A stretch of 64,000 nt of DNA from the IMG/VR virus record IMGVR_UViG_3300009152_000039, positions 8,575 through 72,574 of that record, one strand, 5' to 3'. The position numbers and the translations under genes were made by a program. Positions 39,574-49,627 of the stretch are shown piece after piece (position 1 is the first letter of the stretch; each line of letters begins with the position of its first letter). Source of the DNA: a virus. The notes below the pieces were generated by a model. It saw only the letters and a program-made list of their open reading frames with translations. It was not told the origin of the DNA and made no database searches.

Positions 39574-39831
39574 ATGGCCATAAACACTGCAACCGTAAGA
39601 TTAGTTACCGGATCTACTATCCGTGCTACTATACCTACCTCTGGTGGTCAGATCCAAGCATCTGCACCAGTAACGTTAACTACAAAGCCAAATCGACTTG
39701 ATATGCTAGATGATGTTATTGAAGGTTCTCCACCAGATGGAGCTGTTTTGCAGTACCGAGCTTCAGATGATAAATACATTGTACAATCACTACAAATAGG
39801 TAACGCTGATCTTGATGGTGGTACCTTTTGA
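39574..39831 (+). CDS. hypothetical virion protein ending in LDGGTF
   Basis: 85-aa ORF; LDDV...DGAVLQY motif. Confidence 0.7.
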   Translation: MAINTATVRLVTGSTIRATIPTSGGQIQASAPVTLTTKPNRLDMLDDVIEGSPPDGAVLQYRASDDKYIVQSLQIGNADLDGGTF

Positions 39832-39874
39832 ACTAACTTCACATTCTAAAACAACAATAAAACAGGGAATATAG

Positions 39875-41998
39875 ATGGCAAATTTAATTCAGATCAAGCG
39901 ATCGCTAAGCACGGCAAATGCTACCAGTTTGGCCAATGGTGAAATGGCTTATACGGCCAATGGTGATGTATTATTCATTGGTAGTAATGGTGATATCAAA
40001 GCAATTGGTGGAGCCAGAAATCCTGGTACCCTAACTGCAAATCAAGCGCTTGTTGCAAACGCCACTAGTGGAATTGATAAGGTTATTGTTGCCAATGCTG
40101 TACTAACAAGAATATACGCCAATGGTGCGCATGGTAGTGGTCAAGCTCTACAAGCAAACTCAACGGGTGGAATATTCTGGGGATCGGTAGCTGGATCTAT
40201 AGCTTTAGATGATCTCACTGACGTTGCTGTAACAGCTGCAAGTACAGGGCAGGTTTTAATTGCCAACTCGACCGGATTTTTCAGAAATGTATCCTTGTCC
40301 GGTGACATTACAATTGATGCAAATGGTGTAACAGCTATTGCAGCTGATTCAATTGCTCTTGGAACCGATACAACCGGTAACTATGTTGCTACTATTACAG
40401 CTGGTAATGGTTTATCCGGAAATGCAACAACAGAAGGATCGGCACCCACAATTGCCGTAGTTGCTGGTGGTGGTATTGTATCAAATTCTACTGGTGTTTT
40501 TGCTAATACAGATAATTCAACATTGGAGTTATCAGGTGGTGCTATTAGAGTTAAAGACGATGGTATCGCACTGGGTACCAAGACAACTGGTAACTATGTT
40601 GCCACTATCACTGCTGGTAATGGTTTATCGGGCAATGCGACAACTGAAGGATCGGCACCTACAATTGCAGTCGTAGCTGGTAGTGGCGTTGCTTCTAATG
40701 CAACCGGTGTGCATGTTGTTGCTGGTAGTGGTATTACTTCCAACTCTACTGGCGTATTTGTCACCGATGGTGATGGTCTATCAGTTAACTCGACCGGTGT
40801 TCATGTTGGTGCAGGTAACGGTTTATCTGTAAACGCTACATCCGTTGCTGTTGTAGCTAACAGTGGTTTAGCATCAAACTCAACCGGTGTGTTTGTCGTT
40901 GCTGGTAGCGGCATCGTATCAAATTCGACTGGTGTTTTTGCCAACGTTGATGGTTCTACATTAGAACTATCAGGTGGAGCCATTCAAGTTAAAGACGATG
41001 GTATTGCTCTTGGCACTAAAACAACTGGTAACTACGTTGCAACTATCGCAGCTGGAAACGGTATTTCAGGATCGTCTTCATCTGAAGGTGGTGCAGCAAC
41101 TATTGCAGTTGTTGCTGGTAACGGCATTGCTTCCAATTCAACTGGTGTACATGTTGTAGCAGGTACTGGTGTAGTTTCCAACGCAACTGGTGTTCATATT
41201 GGTCAAGCTGTCGGTACAACAGATAATGTAACATTCAATGATATAACTATCAATGGTAACACAGTATTAGGTAGTAATGCATCCGATGTTGTTTCTATCA
41301 AGGGTCTTGTTAACACAAGTATCATCCCAGCTGCAAATATAACATACAGCCTTGGTAATACTGTATCAAGATTCTTAACAGTTTTCACTCAGAACGTACA
41401 CTCAGAGTACTTGTATATTGATAAAGATGTAACAATTGGTGGTAACCTAGTAATTTCTGGTAACTTGGTTTCTGTAAACGTGTCAACCTTATCGGTTACT
41501 GACTCACTAATTCAACTTGCTTCTAATAACACAGTTTCTGATTCACTTGACATTGGTTTCTTTGGTAACTACCAAACAGGTGGTGGTGATCCTGAGCATA
41601 CGGGTTTATTTAGAGATGCGAGCGATGATAAGTTTAAGTTGTTTAAAGGTCTACAAGTTGCACCAACAACCACTGTAGATACAGCAAACAACACATATCA
41701 GATTGCAACTCTACAAGCATATTTGGATTCGGGTGGTTTAACAACCAATTCAACTGCGGTTGCTCTGACTGCAAACTCAACTCTGGCTGTTACACTCACT
41801 GCTAACTCACTTACACTTACAACTGCTCTAGTTGGAACCAGTGGTGGTACTGGTTTAGCAAGCTATACAGCAGAAGACATCTTAGTTGCTAATTCATCAA
41901 ATGGATTCAGAAAACTTGGATTAGGCACTGATGGATTTGTTTTACAATCCAACGGAACTGCTCTTGTTTATTCTACGCTTGATGGAGGAACATTCTAA
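39875..41998 (+). CDS. fibre protein with Mtd-like N-terminus and internal repeats
   Basis: IQIKRS...LANGEMAY N-terminus; three ALGT.TTGNYVATI.AGNG repeats; SNSTGV repeats; ends LDGGTF. Confidence 0.8.
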   Translation: MANLIQIKRSLSTANATSLANGEMAYTANGDVLFIGSNGDIKAIGGARNPGTLTANQALVANATSGIDKVIVANAVLTRIYANGAHGSGQALQANSTGGIFWGSVAGSIALDDLTDVAVTAASTGQVLIANSTGFFRNVSLSGDITIDANGVTAIAADSIALGTDTTGNYVATITAGNGLSGNATTEGSAPTIAVVAGGGIVSNSTGVFANTDNSTLELSGGAIRVKDDGIALGTKTTGNYVATITAGNGLSGNATTEGSAPTIAVVAGSGVASNATGVHVVAGSGITSNSTGVFVTDGDGLSVNSTGVHVGAGNGLSVNATSVAVVANSGLASNSTGVFVVAGSGIVSNSTGVFANVDGSTLELSGGAIQVKDDGIALGTKTTGNYVATIAAGNGISGSSSSEGGAATIAVVAGNGIASNSTGVHVVAGTGVVSNATGVHIGQAVGTTDNVTFNDITINGNTVLGSNASDVVSIKGLVNTSIIPAANITYSLGNTVSRFLTVFTQNVHSEYLYIDKDVTIGGNLVISGNLVSVNVSTLSVTDSLIQLASNNTVSDSLDIGFFGNYQTGGGDPEHTGLFRDASDDKFKLFKGLQVAPTTTVDTANNTYQIATLQAYLDSGGLTTNSTAVALTANSTLAVTLTANSLTLTTALVGTSGGTGLASYTAEDILVANSSNGFRKLGLGTDGFVLQSNGTALVYSTLDGGTF

Positions 41999-42211
41999 TT
42001 GGAAGCTGAATTCGTTAATGCATATATTGCTAAACAAAAATCGTGGATTGAAGATTACGTAGCAAAAAATATACTTTTAGAAACCAGGTTACAGCTAGCT
42101 GAGGCAAAGATTGGTCAGCTAGCTGGGCTTTTAGAAGAATCTAACTCTCAAATAGAGAAGCTAAATACCAGGACAAAAAAGAAATCAGAAACACCTGATT
42201 CGACGTTCTAA
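41999..42211 (+). CDS. small coiled-coil protein
   Basis: TTG start with GGAGG SD inside the upstream gene. Confidence 0.6.
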   Translation: MEAEFVNAYIAKQKSWIEDYVAKNILLETRLQLAEAKIGQLAGLLEESNSQIEKLNTRTKKKSETPDSTF

Positions 42212-42249
42212 TTCAAATACAGCCCTAGATAGGGCTTTTGAGGGGCCAT

Positions 42250-45200
42250 ATGGCTAATAAATTTCAGACCAAACGTACGACTATATCTGGCCGTACGCCC
42301 AATACTACCAACTCTGGTAACACTCACTACATTGATACTGGTGAGCTAGCGCTCAATCTTACTGATGGTAAGATGTTTTCGTCTAATGGATCCGCATACT
42401 TTGAAGTTGGTGCCAACTTACAAAACCTGAGTGTCACTGGAAATGCTACTATCAAAGCAATTATTGCTAACGGTAGTATTGGTACAAGTGGTCAAATACT
42501 TGCTTCAAATGGATCTGCAATTTATTGGACTGCTTCAGGTGGAAATGGTTCTGTTACTCAAGTTAACACTGGTAATGGACTTACCGGTGGTCCTATCACG
42601 ACGACAGGAACAGTTAGTGTCCTGGCAAATAATGGTATTACATCTAATTCCACTGGACTGTTTGTCACAGCTGGTACTGGTACAGTTGTGAATGCAACTG
42701 GTGTTCATGTAAATTCAAGTTATATTGCTACTATATCAGCAAATAACACATCTTTCCTTGGTGGCACTGCGGCCGCGTCATTTGTTCAGAATACGGACTC
42801 AAGAACACTTTCTGGCAATCTGGTAATATCTGGCTCCAGCCTAACACCTGCATCTAACACTATCCTGTTAGGAAATTCAACACAGCGTTGGGTACTAACT
42901 GCAAACACAATTGATGCTTCAGGTTTAATTACTGGTGGTGCTGGTGCAACTATTACTGGACAAGTTAATGCTAGTACGGGATTTGGTTCTGGTACAATTA
43001 ACGCTACCTCAAATGGACTATTTGCTAATGCTACTACAATATCAGTAGGAAATTCATCAGTTAATGTTGCTATTACCCCATCAACAATTGATTTAGGTAC
43101 TCAGTTTGATGCAAACAGTACTGGATTGTATCACACAGGGACAGTTAATGCTGCCTCTCATACAGTTGGATCCAACTTTATTGCTAACAGTACAGCAATA
43201 GTTGGTACTGGATATGCAAACGTAACAACAAGTGTTAACTCAGCGTTATTAACAGTTGGAACTGCATTTATTGCTAATACAACTGGTGCTTATCACACTG
43301 GTACTGTTAATGCTGCTTCACATACAGTTGGTACTAGCTTTATTGCCAACTCTACAACAGTTTTAATAGGTAATACTACTTCAGGATTATTAGTTAGTGG
43401 TGAGCCAAGCTTGGCTTCTTTTGTTGGAAAGGCTGGGTATGCTCAGCAAAAGAACTTTGCTGTTGATGATTCCGTATATGGAATCCACGTTGAGTCTTAT
43501 AATAATAATACAGCCTACACATCTGCAGCCGTGGGTAGAGGGATGTATGGTGCTTATTTTTATACGGTAGGTAATACTCAATCTACTAATACTGCTGGGG
43601 GATTCACTAATAATTATATAACAGGAGTTTATTCGAGGACTATCAATGCTCCATCGGGTGGTAATGCTCGAGCTGCAAACTTGTATTCTTTTAGAGCAGA
43701 AGCAATAAACAATGCTGATGGTGCTGTTGCTAATACTATTGACAACTTATATGCATACTACGGAGAAGCAACAGTCAGTGGTACTGGTATTACAACAAAG
43801 ACGTACGGTTCTCATGTAATTGTTGGGTGGGACGCTGGAGCAGCTGGTGCCAATATTGTTTCTGCATATGGATACTCTGCAAACGTAAAATCCAGTACAG
43901 GTGTTACTATAGACACTGGTTATCTTTATTATGGTACCCATTCTGGCTCCAATACAACCACCAAGTACGGTTTGTATTTAAGCAATGAAGCTAATAACTA
44001 TCTATCTGCAAATTTAAGAGTTGGTGATACTATCACAGCAGATCAGATTAATATTGGAACGAGTAGTTTTATAGCTAATTCATCAGCAATAATTGCTGGT
44101 GATCCCTTAACACCAACTGCTAATACAATCCTTCTAGGAAACTCAACACAGCGTTGGGTGCTATCAGCAAATACTGGTGACTTTACTGGTACAGTATCAG
44201 GTACAGTTGCCAATATGTCCACATCAGTCAATAGTGCATTGCTAACTGTTGGTACGTCCTTTATTGCTAATACCACCGGAGCTTATCATACTGGATTGGT
44301 CAATGCTGCATCTATCAACATAGGTGGCAGTGGTTTTATTGCCAACTCAACAGCAATTGTCTTAGCAGAACCGGTAACTGCAAATGCAACTACAGGTACA
44401 GCTGGTCAAGCGTTATTATCTAACGGTACAGTAGGATCTCCTTATTGGGGAACACCAACATCATCTCCTGGTGCAACGTATGTTCAAAATACGGATTCAA
44501 GAACTCTGTCAGGTAACCTAGTAATATCAGGCACATACTTTAATCCTAGTGCAAATACAATTCTGTTAGGTAATACAATACAGCGTTGGGTACTAGCTGC
44601 AAACACAATTGATGCTTCAGGTTTAATTACTGGTGGTGCTGGTGCAACAATTACTGGTCAGGTGAATGCTAGTACTGGATTCGGATCAGGTACAATCAAT
44701 GCTACGTCTAATGGATTAATAGCCAATAGTACAACTATAACTGTTGGTAACTCATCAGTTAACGTTTCTATTACACCATCAGATATAGCATTAGGTACTC
44801 AGTTTGATGCCAATAGTACGGGACTATATCATACGGGTACTGTCAATGCTGCTAGTCATACTGTTGGATCTAATTTTATAGCAAATAGCACTGCAATAGT
44901 TGGAACTGGATATGCTAACGTAACAACAAGTGTTAACTCTGCTCTATTTACTGTTGGTACATCGTTTATAGCTAATACTACTGGAGCATATCATACCGGT
45001 ACTATTAATGCTGCCTCTCATACTACTACTGGTTTTGTTGCTAATACTACAGTCATAGCACCAACCTCCAATACGATTCTATTAGGTAATACAATAGGAA
45101 GATTTGTAGTATCGGCTAATACAATTAACGCATCTGGACTAATTACTGGTAGTGCTGGTGCTGATATTACTGGTCAGGTCAATGCATCTACGGGATTTGG

Positions 45201-46266
45201 TTCCGGAACAATTAATGCTACATCTAATGGATTATTTGCTAACTCCACTACTATATCATTAGGAAACTCATCTGTCAACGTTGCAATTACTACAGCTGGT
45301 ATAACATCATCTGGTAGTACTGGCATTAATCCATCATCAAATACAGTTGGTACTGCACTTGGTACAGCGACACAGCGTTGGGTATTAAATGCCAATACTG
45401 GATCATTTGCTGGTACAGTATCGGGCATTACTACACTGGCAGCAGGTAATACAACAGTCACTGGGTTTGCAAACATTACTAGTACAATTCAAGGTGGATC
45501 TAGCTTAACTATTGCTGGTGCACTATCTGGTGTTACAACAGCAGCAATGGGTAATACAACTATTACTGGTTTTGCTAATGCATCTGTTAGTGTTAATTCT
45601 GCAATACTAACAGTCGGCACATCATTCATTGCTAATACTACAGGAGCATATCATACTGGTTTAGTCAATGCTGCTAGTCATACAACTTCTGGTTTTGTTG
45701 CTAATACAACTGTAATTGCTCCAACTTCTAATACAATTCTTTTAGGCAATACAATAGGAAGATTCGTTGTATCAGCAAACACAATTGATACTTCTGGGTT
45801 AATTACAGGTGGTGCTGGTGCAACTATCACTGGCCAGGTAAATGCTAGCACTGGATTTGGTTCTGGTACAATCAATGCAACATCAAATGGATTATTTGCT
45901 AACTCGACTACTATATCATTAGGAAACTCTTCGGTCAACGTTGCAATTACTACGGCTGGTATAACATCATCTGGTGGCACTGGTATCAATCCATCATCAA
46001 ATACTGTTGGTACTGCATTAGGTACTACGACTCAGCGCTGGGTGGTGAATGCTAACACTGGATCATTTGCTGGTGATGTGACTATATCAAGTAGCACTGC
46101 TTCTGGTAATAATAGTACAGGTGCTTTAAAGGTTACTGGTGGTGTTGGAGTTGGTGATAGTGTATATGTTAAGAATAGGGTTGGTTTTACTAATTCTACA
46201 AACATCAGTGTTGTATATCAAGTGTATAACGTGACTACAAACAGTTTAGATACGGTGTTTGGATAA
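42250..46266 (+). CDS. modular fibre protein (~1338 aa)
   Basis: KRTTISGRTP...GELALNLTDGKMF N-terminus; shared repeat modules; SD gagggg before ATG 42250. Confidence 0.8.
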   Translation: MANKFQTKRTTISGRTPNTTNSGNTHYIDTGELALNLTDGKMFSSNGSAYFEVGANLQNLSVTGNATIKAIIANGSIGTSGQILASNGSAIYWTASGGNGSVTQVNTGNGLTGGPITTTGTVSVLANNGITSNSTGLFVTAGTGTVVNATGVHVNSSYIATISANNTSFLGGTAAASFVQNTDSRTLSGNLVISGSSLTPASNTILLGNSTQRWVLTANTIDASGLITGGAGATITGQVNASTGFGSGTINATSNGLFANATTISVGNSSVNVAITPSTIDLGTQFDANSTGLYHTGTVNAASHTVGSNFIANSTAIVGTGYANVTTSVNSALLTVGTAFIANTTGAYHTGTVNAASHTVGTSFIANSTTVLIGNTTSGLLVSGEPSLASFVGKAGYAQQKNFAVDDSVYGIHVESYNNNTAYTSAAVGRGMYGAYFYTVGNTQSTNTAGGFTNNYITGVYSRTINAPSGGNARAANLYSFRAEAINNADGAVANTIDNLYAYYGEATVSGTGITTKTYGSHVIVGWDAGAAGANIVSAYGYSANVKSSTGVTIDTGYLYYGTHSGSNTTTKYGLYLSNEANNYLSANLRVGDTITADQINIGTSSFIANSSAIIAGDPLTPTANTILLGNSTQRWVLSANTGDFTGTVSGTVANMSTSVNSALLTVGTSFIANTTGAYHTGLVNAASINIGGSGFIANSTAIVLAEPVTANATTGTAGQALLSNGTVGSPYWGTPTSSPGATYVQNTDSRTLSGNLVISGTYFNPSANTILLGNTIQRWVLAANTIDASGLITGGAGATITGQVNASTGFGSGTINATSNGLIANSTTITVGNSSVNVSITPSDIALGTQFDANSTGLYHTGTVNAASHTVGSNFIANSTAIVGTGYANVTTSVNSALFTVGTSFIANTTGAYHTGTINAASHTTTGFVANTTVIAPTSNTILLGNTIGRFVVSANTINASGLITGSAGADITGQVNASTGFGSGTINATSNGLFANSTTISLGNSSVNVAITTAGITSSGSTGINPSSNTVGTALGTATQRWVLNANTGSFAGTVSGITTLAAGNTTVTGFANITSTIQGGSSLTIAGALSGVTTAAMGNTTITGFANASVSVNSAILTVGTSFIANTTGAYHTGLVNAASHTTSGFVANTTVIAPTSNTILLGNTIGRFVVSANTIDTSGLITGGAGATITGQVNASTGFGSGTINATSNGLFANSTTISLGNSSVNVAITTAGITSSGGTGINPSSNTVGTALGTTTQRWVVNANTGSFAGDVTISSSTASGNNSTGALKVTGGVGVGDSVYVKNRVGFTNSTNISVVYQVYNVTTNSLDTVFG

Positions 46267-48638
46267 TGGCAATAGCTACTAGACTTACAAACACAGGGAC
46301 GTTCTTAGTAAATGGGTCTTTTGACGAGCTAACAGATGGGATAGTATATGATAGTAGTCTCAAACTTTATCTCAATGCTATTAAGTCTTTCCCACTAGTC
46401 GTTCAGTATGTTATTGTTGGTGGTGGTGGTGCTGGAGGAAAAGATGGTAACGACAGTGGAGGTGGAGGAGCTGGAGGGTATCGTTCATCGGTAACTGGTG
46501 AGCTTTCGGGAGGTAACAGTACAGCCGAAACTCCACTTACTCTGAATCCTGGAGTTGAGTATGGAGTTAGTATTGGTAATGGGGGACCGGGTAATGGATT
46601 TGCCAGTTCATCAGGTAGCACTTTTAATTCAATTACAGCACAAGCTGGTGGCGTTGGTGCTGCTGCGGTAACTGCACAACCTGCAGTTAGTGGTGGGTCT
46701 GGTGGTGGTGGTAGTTCTAAAGCAGGTCAAGAAACTGGCGCTGCAGGGACTTCAGGTCAAGGTTTTGCTGGAGGCAATTTTGCAACAGATGGTGGAGGTG
46801 GTGGTGGGGCAAGTAGTGCTGGATATAATGGAAACGATGCTACGAAGCCTGGTTATGGTGGGGATGGTATACAGTCCAATATAACAGGAACACCAACCTA
46901 CTATGCTGGTGGTGGAGGCGGAGGTATTGATACTGCTGGTAGAGGCATTGGTGGACTTGGTGGTGGTGGCAATGGATCAGTTACTGGAAATGGTGGTAAC
47001 GCTACTGGGTACGGTAGTGGAGGTGGTGGCTGCGGAGGTACTGGTACAGGTGGTGATGGATCTGATGGTGTGATTATTCTACGATATCCAAATGTATACA
47101 CTATATCACTAACTAATTGTGGTGGAACTACAACAACAGTTGGATCTGATAAAGTAACTGTAATAAACAGCTCTGATCCCGAACTTGATGCAAGTGTATC
47201 TTGGTCGCTTACCAGTTCATCTTGGAGTGATTTGAGTGGTAACGGCAATACTGCTACTTTAGTTGCCTCTCCTACATTTACAACTAGTGGTGGCGGGGCT
47301 ATCACATTTAATCCATCTGGTACAGGACAGTATGCTAATATTCCTGTTGCAGCTATACCTTCGGGAGGTAACCAGGTTAGTATATCCTGTTGGATCAACT
47401 TAGGTAATCCTGCAACACCACCAGCCGCTAGTGTGTTTTCATGTTCTGATTCTGTAGGTAATAGGATAATAAACATACACCTGCCTTGGAATGATAGTAT
47501 AGTTTATTGGGACGCTGGTAATAGTGGAGGTACCTACGATAGGATTAATACTAGCACGCTGAGCTTAGCACAAAAAACAGATTGGCATCATTGGGCATTC
47601 ACTAAAAATGCTACAACTGGTACTATGGCCATTTATTTAGATGGTGTAAGCATAGCAACTGGTACAGGAAAGACTCTTGCACTTGGTACAGCTAGTACAG
47701 CAACTGTTCCTTGTGCAATTGCAAATTTTCAAGGTACTGCAAACTGGAATGGTAGTGTTGGTAGTTTTGAAATATATAATGTTGCACTTACTGCTACTCA
47801 GGTAGCACAAAACTACTCAGCAACATCAGCACCTTACACTAAATTTAAAACCGCATCAAACACAGTTTATGCTACAGAATTTGATGAAAAAATTATTAAC
47901 GGAGGTAGCGTGGCTAAAAGAGAGTTGAGTACTGGTGTATTACAAGTTAGTGATGAGTTTGATGAAGTTAGCTTTGCTGCAGGTTCTATCAGTTTTAATG
48001 GTGCTAATCAATATTTGACTGTTGCAAGTAACAATATTTTTACGCCATTGCAGACTGGTATTTTCACAGTGGAGGCTTGGATTTACGTTACAGGTGGATC
48101 TGGAACCCAAAGAGAACTTGTAGTTCGCCATAATCCAGGAAGTAGCCTTAACTGGATGTTGGAGCTCACTGCTGGAAATCTAGCATCATTTTATTTTAAT
48201 GGTGTTAGTGGAGGAGAAAGTATTAGTAGTGTTGCTACAGTACCGTCGAATAGATGGGTGCATGTTGCAGGTGGGATAAGCGGTGTCAATAAATTTGTTT
48301 GCCTTGATGGAGTTTATAGATCTGCTGCTTATACTTCAGCGCCTGTACTTCAAGGTGCTGGTGGTACTACGTTACCAATTGTCATTGGTGCTGCTCAAAA
48401 TGGCACTTTAGGTTTTACTGGTTTAATATCAAATGTGCGAGGTGTTAATGGTACTGCGTTGTATACAGCAAACTATACCCCATCTCGTACAGTATTTCCT
48501 GCTATTACCGATACCTTTTTGTTGTTAAATGTTATTGATTCCACTAACTTCATTAGAGATAACAGCAAAAATACATTTACTATAACTAACAACGGTACTG
48601 CTACGTTCAACACTAGCGGACCTTTTAACGGACAATAA
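46266..48638 (+). CDS. virion protein with a Gly-rich domain and two LamG/concanavalin A-like domains
   Basis: GGGGAGG segment ending GVIILRY; WSDLSGNGN; DWHHWAFT..IYLDG; FTVEAWIY..NRWVHVA..GLISNVR. Confidence 0.8.
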   Translation: MAIATRLTNTGTFLVNGSFDELTDGIVYDSSLKLYLNAIKSFPLVVQYVIVGGGGAGGKDGNDSGGGGAGGYRSSVTGELSGGNSTAETPLTLNPGVEYGVSIGNGGPGNGFASSSGSTFNSITAQAGGVGAAAVTAQPAVSGGSGGGGSSKAGQETGAAGTSGQGFAGGNFATDGGGGGGASSAGYNGNDATKPGYGGDGIQSNITGTPTYYAGGGGGGIDTAGRGIGGLGGGGNGSVTGNGGNATGYGSGGGGCGGTGTGGDGSDGVIILRYPNVYTISLTNCGGTTTTVGSDKVTVINSSDPELDASVSWSLTSSSWSDLSGNGNTATLVASPTFTTSGGGAITFNPSGTGQYANIPVAAIPSGGNQVSISCWINLGNPATPPAASVFSCSDSVGNRIINIHLPWNDSIVYWDAGNSGGTYDRINTSTLSLAQKTDWHHWAFTKNATTGTMAIYLDGVSIATGTGKTLALGTASTATVPCAIANFQGTANWNGSVGSFEIYNVALTATQVAQNYSATSAPYTKFKTASNTVYATEFDEKIINGGSVAKRELSTGVLQVSDEFDEVSFAAGSISFNGANQYLTVASNNIFTPLQTGIFTVEAWIYVTGGSGTQRELVVRHNPGSSLNWMLELTAGNLASFYFNGVSGGESISSVATVPSNRWVHVAGGISGVNKFVCLDGVYRSAAYTSAPVLQGAGGTTLPIVIGAAQNGTLGFTGLISNVRGVNGTALYTANYTPSRTVFPAITDTFLLLNVIDSTNFIRDNSKNTFTITNNGTATFNTSGPFNGQ

Positions 48639-48648
48639 ATATTAAACT

Positions 48649-49272
48649 ATGGCTAAACTAAACTCAGGAACAAGAATATACGGCACTGCCAATATTGATA
48701 CTCAAATCAACATTGGTGCCAACGTCGTTGCTAACACTACTGGATTTGGTTCTGGTACGATCAATGCTACTTCAAATGGATTTTTAGCAACTGCTACTAC
48801 AATATCATTAGGTAACACATCAGTTAACGTTGCTATAACTGTTGCTATTGTGGCTGTAGGTGCTACGTTTATTTCTAATACGACTGCTACTGTTGTTACT
48901 ACACCACTTACTGCAAATGCATCTACAGGAACTTCCGGACAGGTTTTGGTATCAAACGGAACAGTTGGTTCTCCATACTGGTCTTCAGTAGCTACTATTG
49001 GTTCTGGTCAAACTTGGACGGATGTAAAGGCATCTAGAGCTACCGGAACTACGTATACAAACTCAACAGGTAGACCAATCATGGTGGTGGTTGGTCCAAC
49101 CGCGGCTGCTGGGGTGAGTGGTGTTTTTAATATTTCTAGTGTTGCTGTTGCCTCTATCACCAGTACTGGTAGTGCTGCATCACTATTTTCTTTCATCATC
49201 CCTAACGGCGTAACCTATTCTGTAACAAATACCGCTAGCTATGTCGTAAGTACTTGGTATGAGCTTCGCTAA
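48649..49272 (+). CDS. short fibre/tip protein
   Basis: One shared repeat module plus C-terminal GQTWTDV..SRA.GTTYTNSTGRPI...WYELR domain typical of tail fibre tips. Confidence 0.75.
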   Translation: MAKLNSGTRIYGTANIDTQINIGANVVANTTGFGSGTINATSNGFLATATTISLGNTSVNVAITVAIVAVGATFISNTTATVVTTPLTANASTGTSGQVLVSNGTVGSPYWSSVATIGSGQTWTDVKASRATGTTYTNSTGRPIMVVVGPTAAAGVSGVFNISSVAVASITSTGSAASLFSFIIPNGVTYSVTNTASYVVSTWYELR

Positions 49273-49281
49273 GGATAAAAT

Positions 49282-49566
49282 ATGAAATATTACAAAGACC
49301 CAATCACAAACGAACTATACGCATACGAATTAGATGGCTCACAGGACCATATCATTCCGAATGATTTCCTACCCCTTACTGATAGTGAAGTCAGTGAAAT
49401 ACGGCTTCAACTGATCCAACAAAACGAGCAAGCTAAAACTTATAGAGAACGACGTGCAGCAGAATATCCATCGTTTGCTGATCAGTTTGATTTGCTGTAC
49501 CACGGTGGCTATGACGCGTGGAAAGCTGCAATTGATGTAGTAAAAGCAAAATATCCAAAGGAATAA
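49282..49566 (+). CDS. tail fibre assembly chaperone-like protein
   Basis: MKYYKD...YAYELDGSQD; RAAEYPS..DQFDLLYH..WKAAI..VKAKYPK. Confidence 0.65.
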   Translation: MKYYKDPITNELYAYELDGSQDHIIPNDFLPLTDSEVSEIRLQLIQQNEQAKTYRERRAAEYPSFADQFDLLYHGGYDAWKAAIDVVKAKYPKE

Positions 49567-49627
49567 AGTGGGGTTGACCAGGTAGTTTATATAAACATAA
49601 ATACTTGATCAAATTAAGGAGTAAGCC

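Larger units (their letters stand above)
32860..46060 (+). repeat. dispersed coding repeat modules shared by the fibre genes
   Basis: Recurrent units FIANTTGAYHTG, PTSNTILLGNSIGRFVLSANT, GQVNASTGFGSGTINATSNGLFAN.TTISLGNSSVNVAIT and NPSSNTVGTALGT.TQRW; a further copy is in 48649..49272. Confidence 0.9.

Noticed and set aside
32860-46060. Repeats as a CRISPR array or a diversity-generating retroelement TR/VR pair
   Set aside because: The repeats are in-frame coding modules differing mainly at synonymous sites, not adenine-specific; there is no repeat-spacer periodicity and no reverse transcriptase in the window.
32748-47476. Many minus-strand ORFs (60-190 aa) across the fibre genes
   Set aside because: These are antisense shadows of low-complexity repeat coding sequence, with no SD or independent features.
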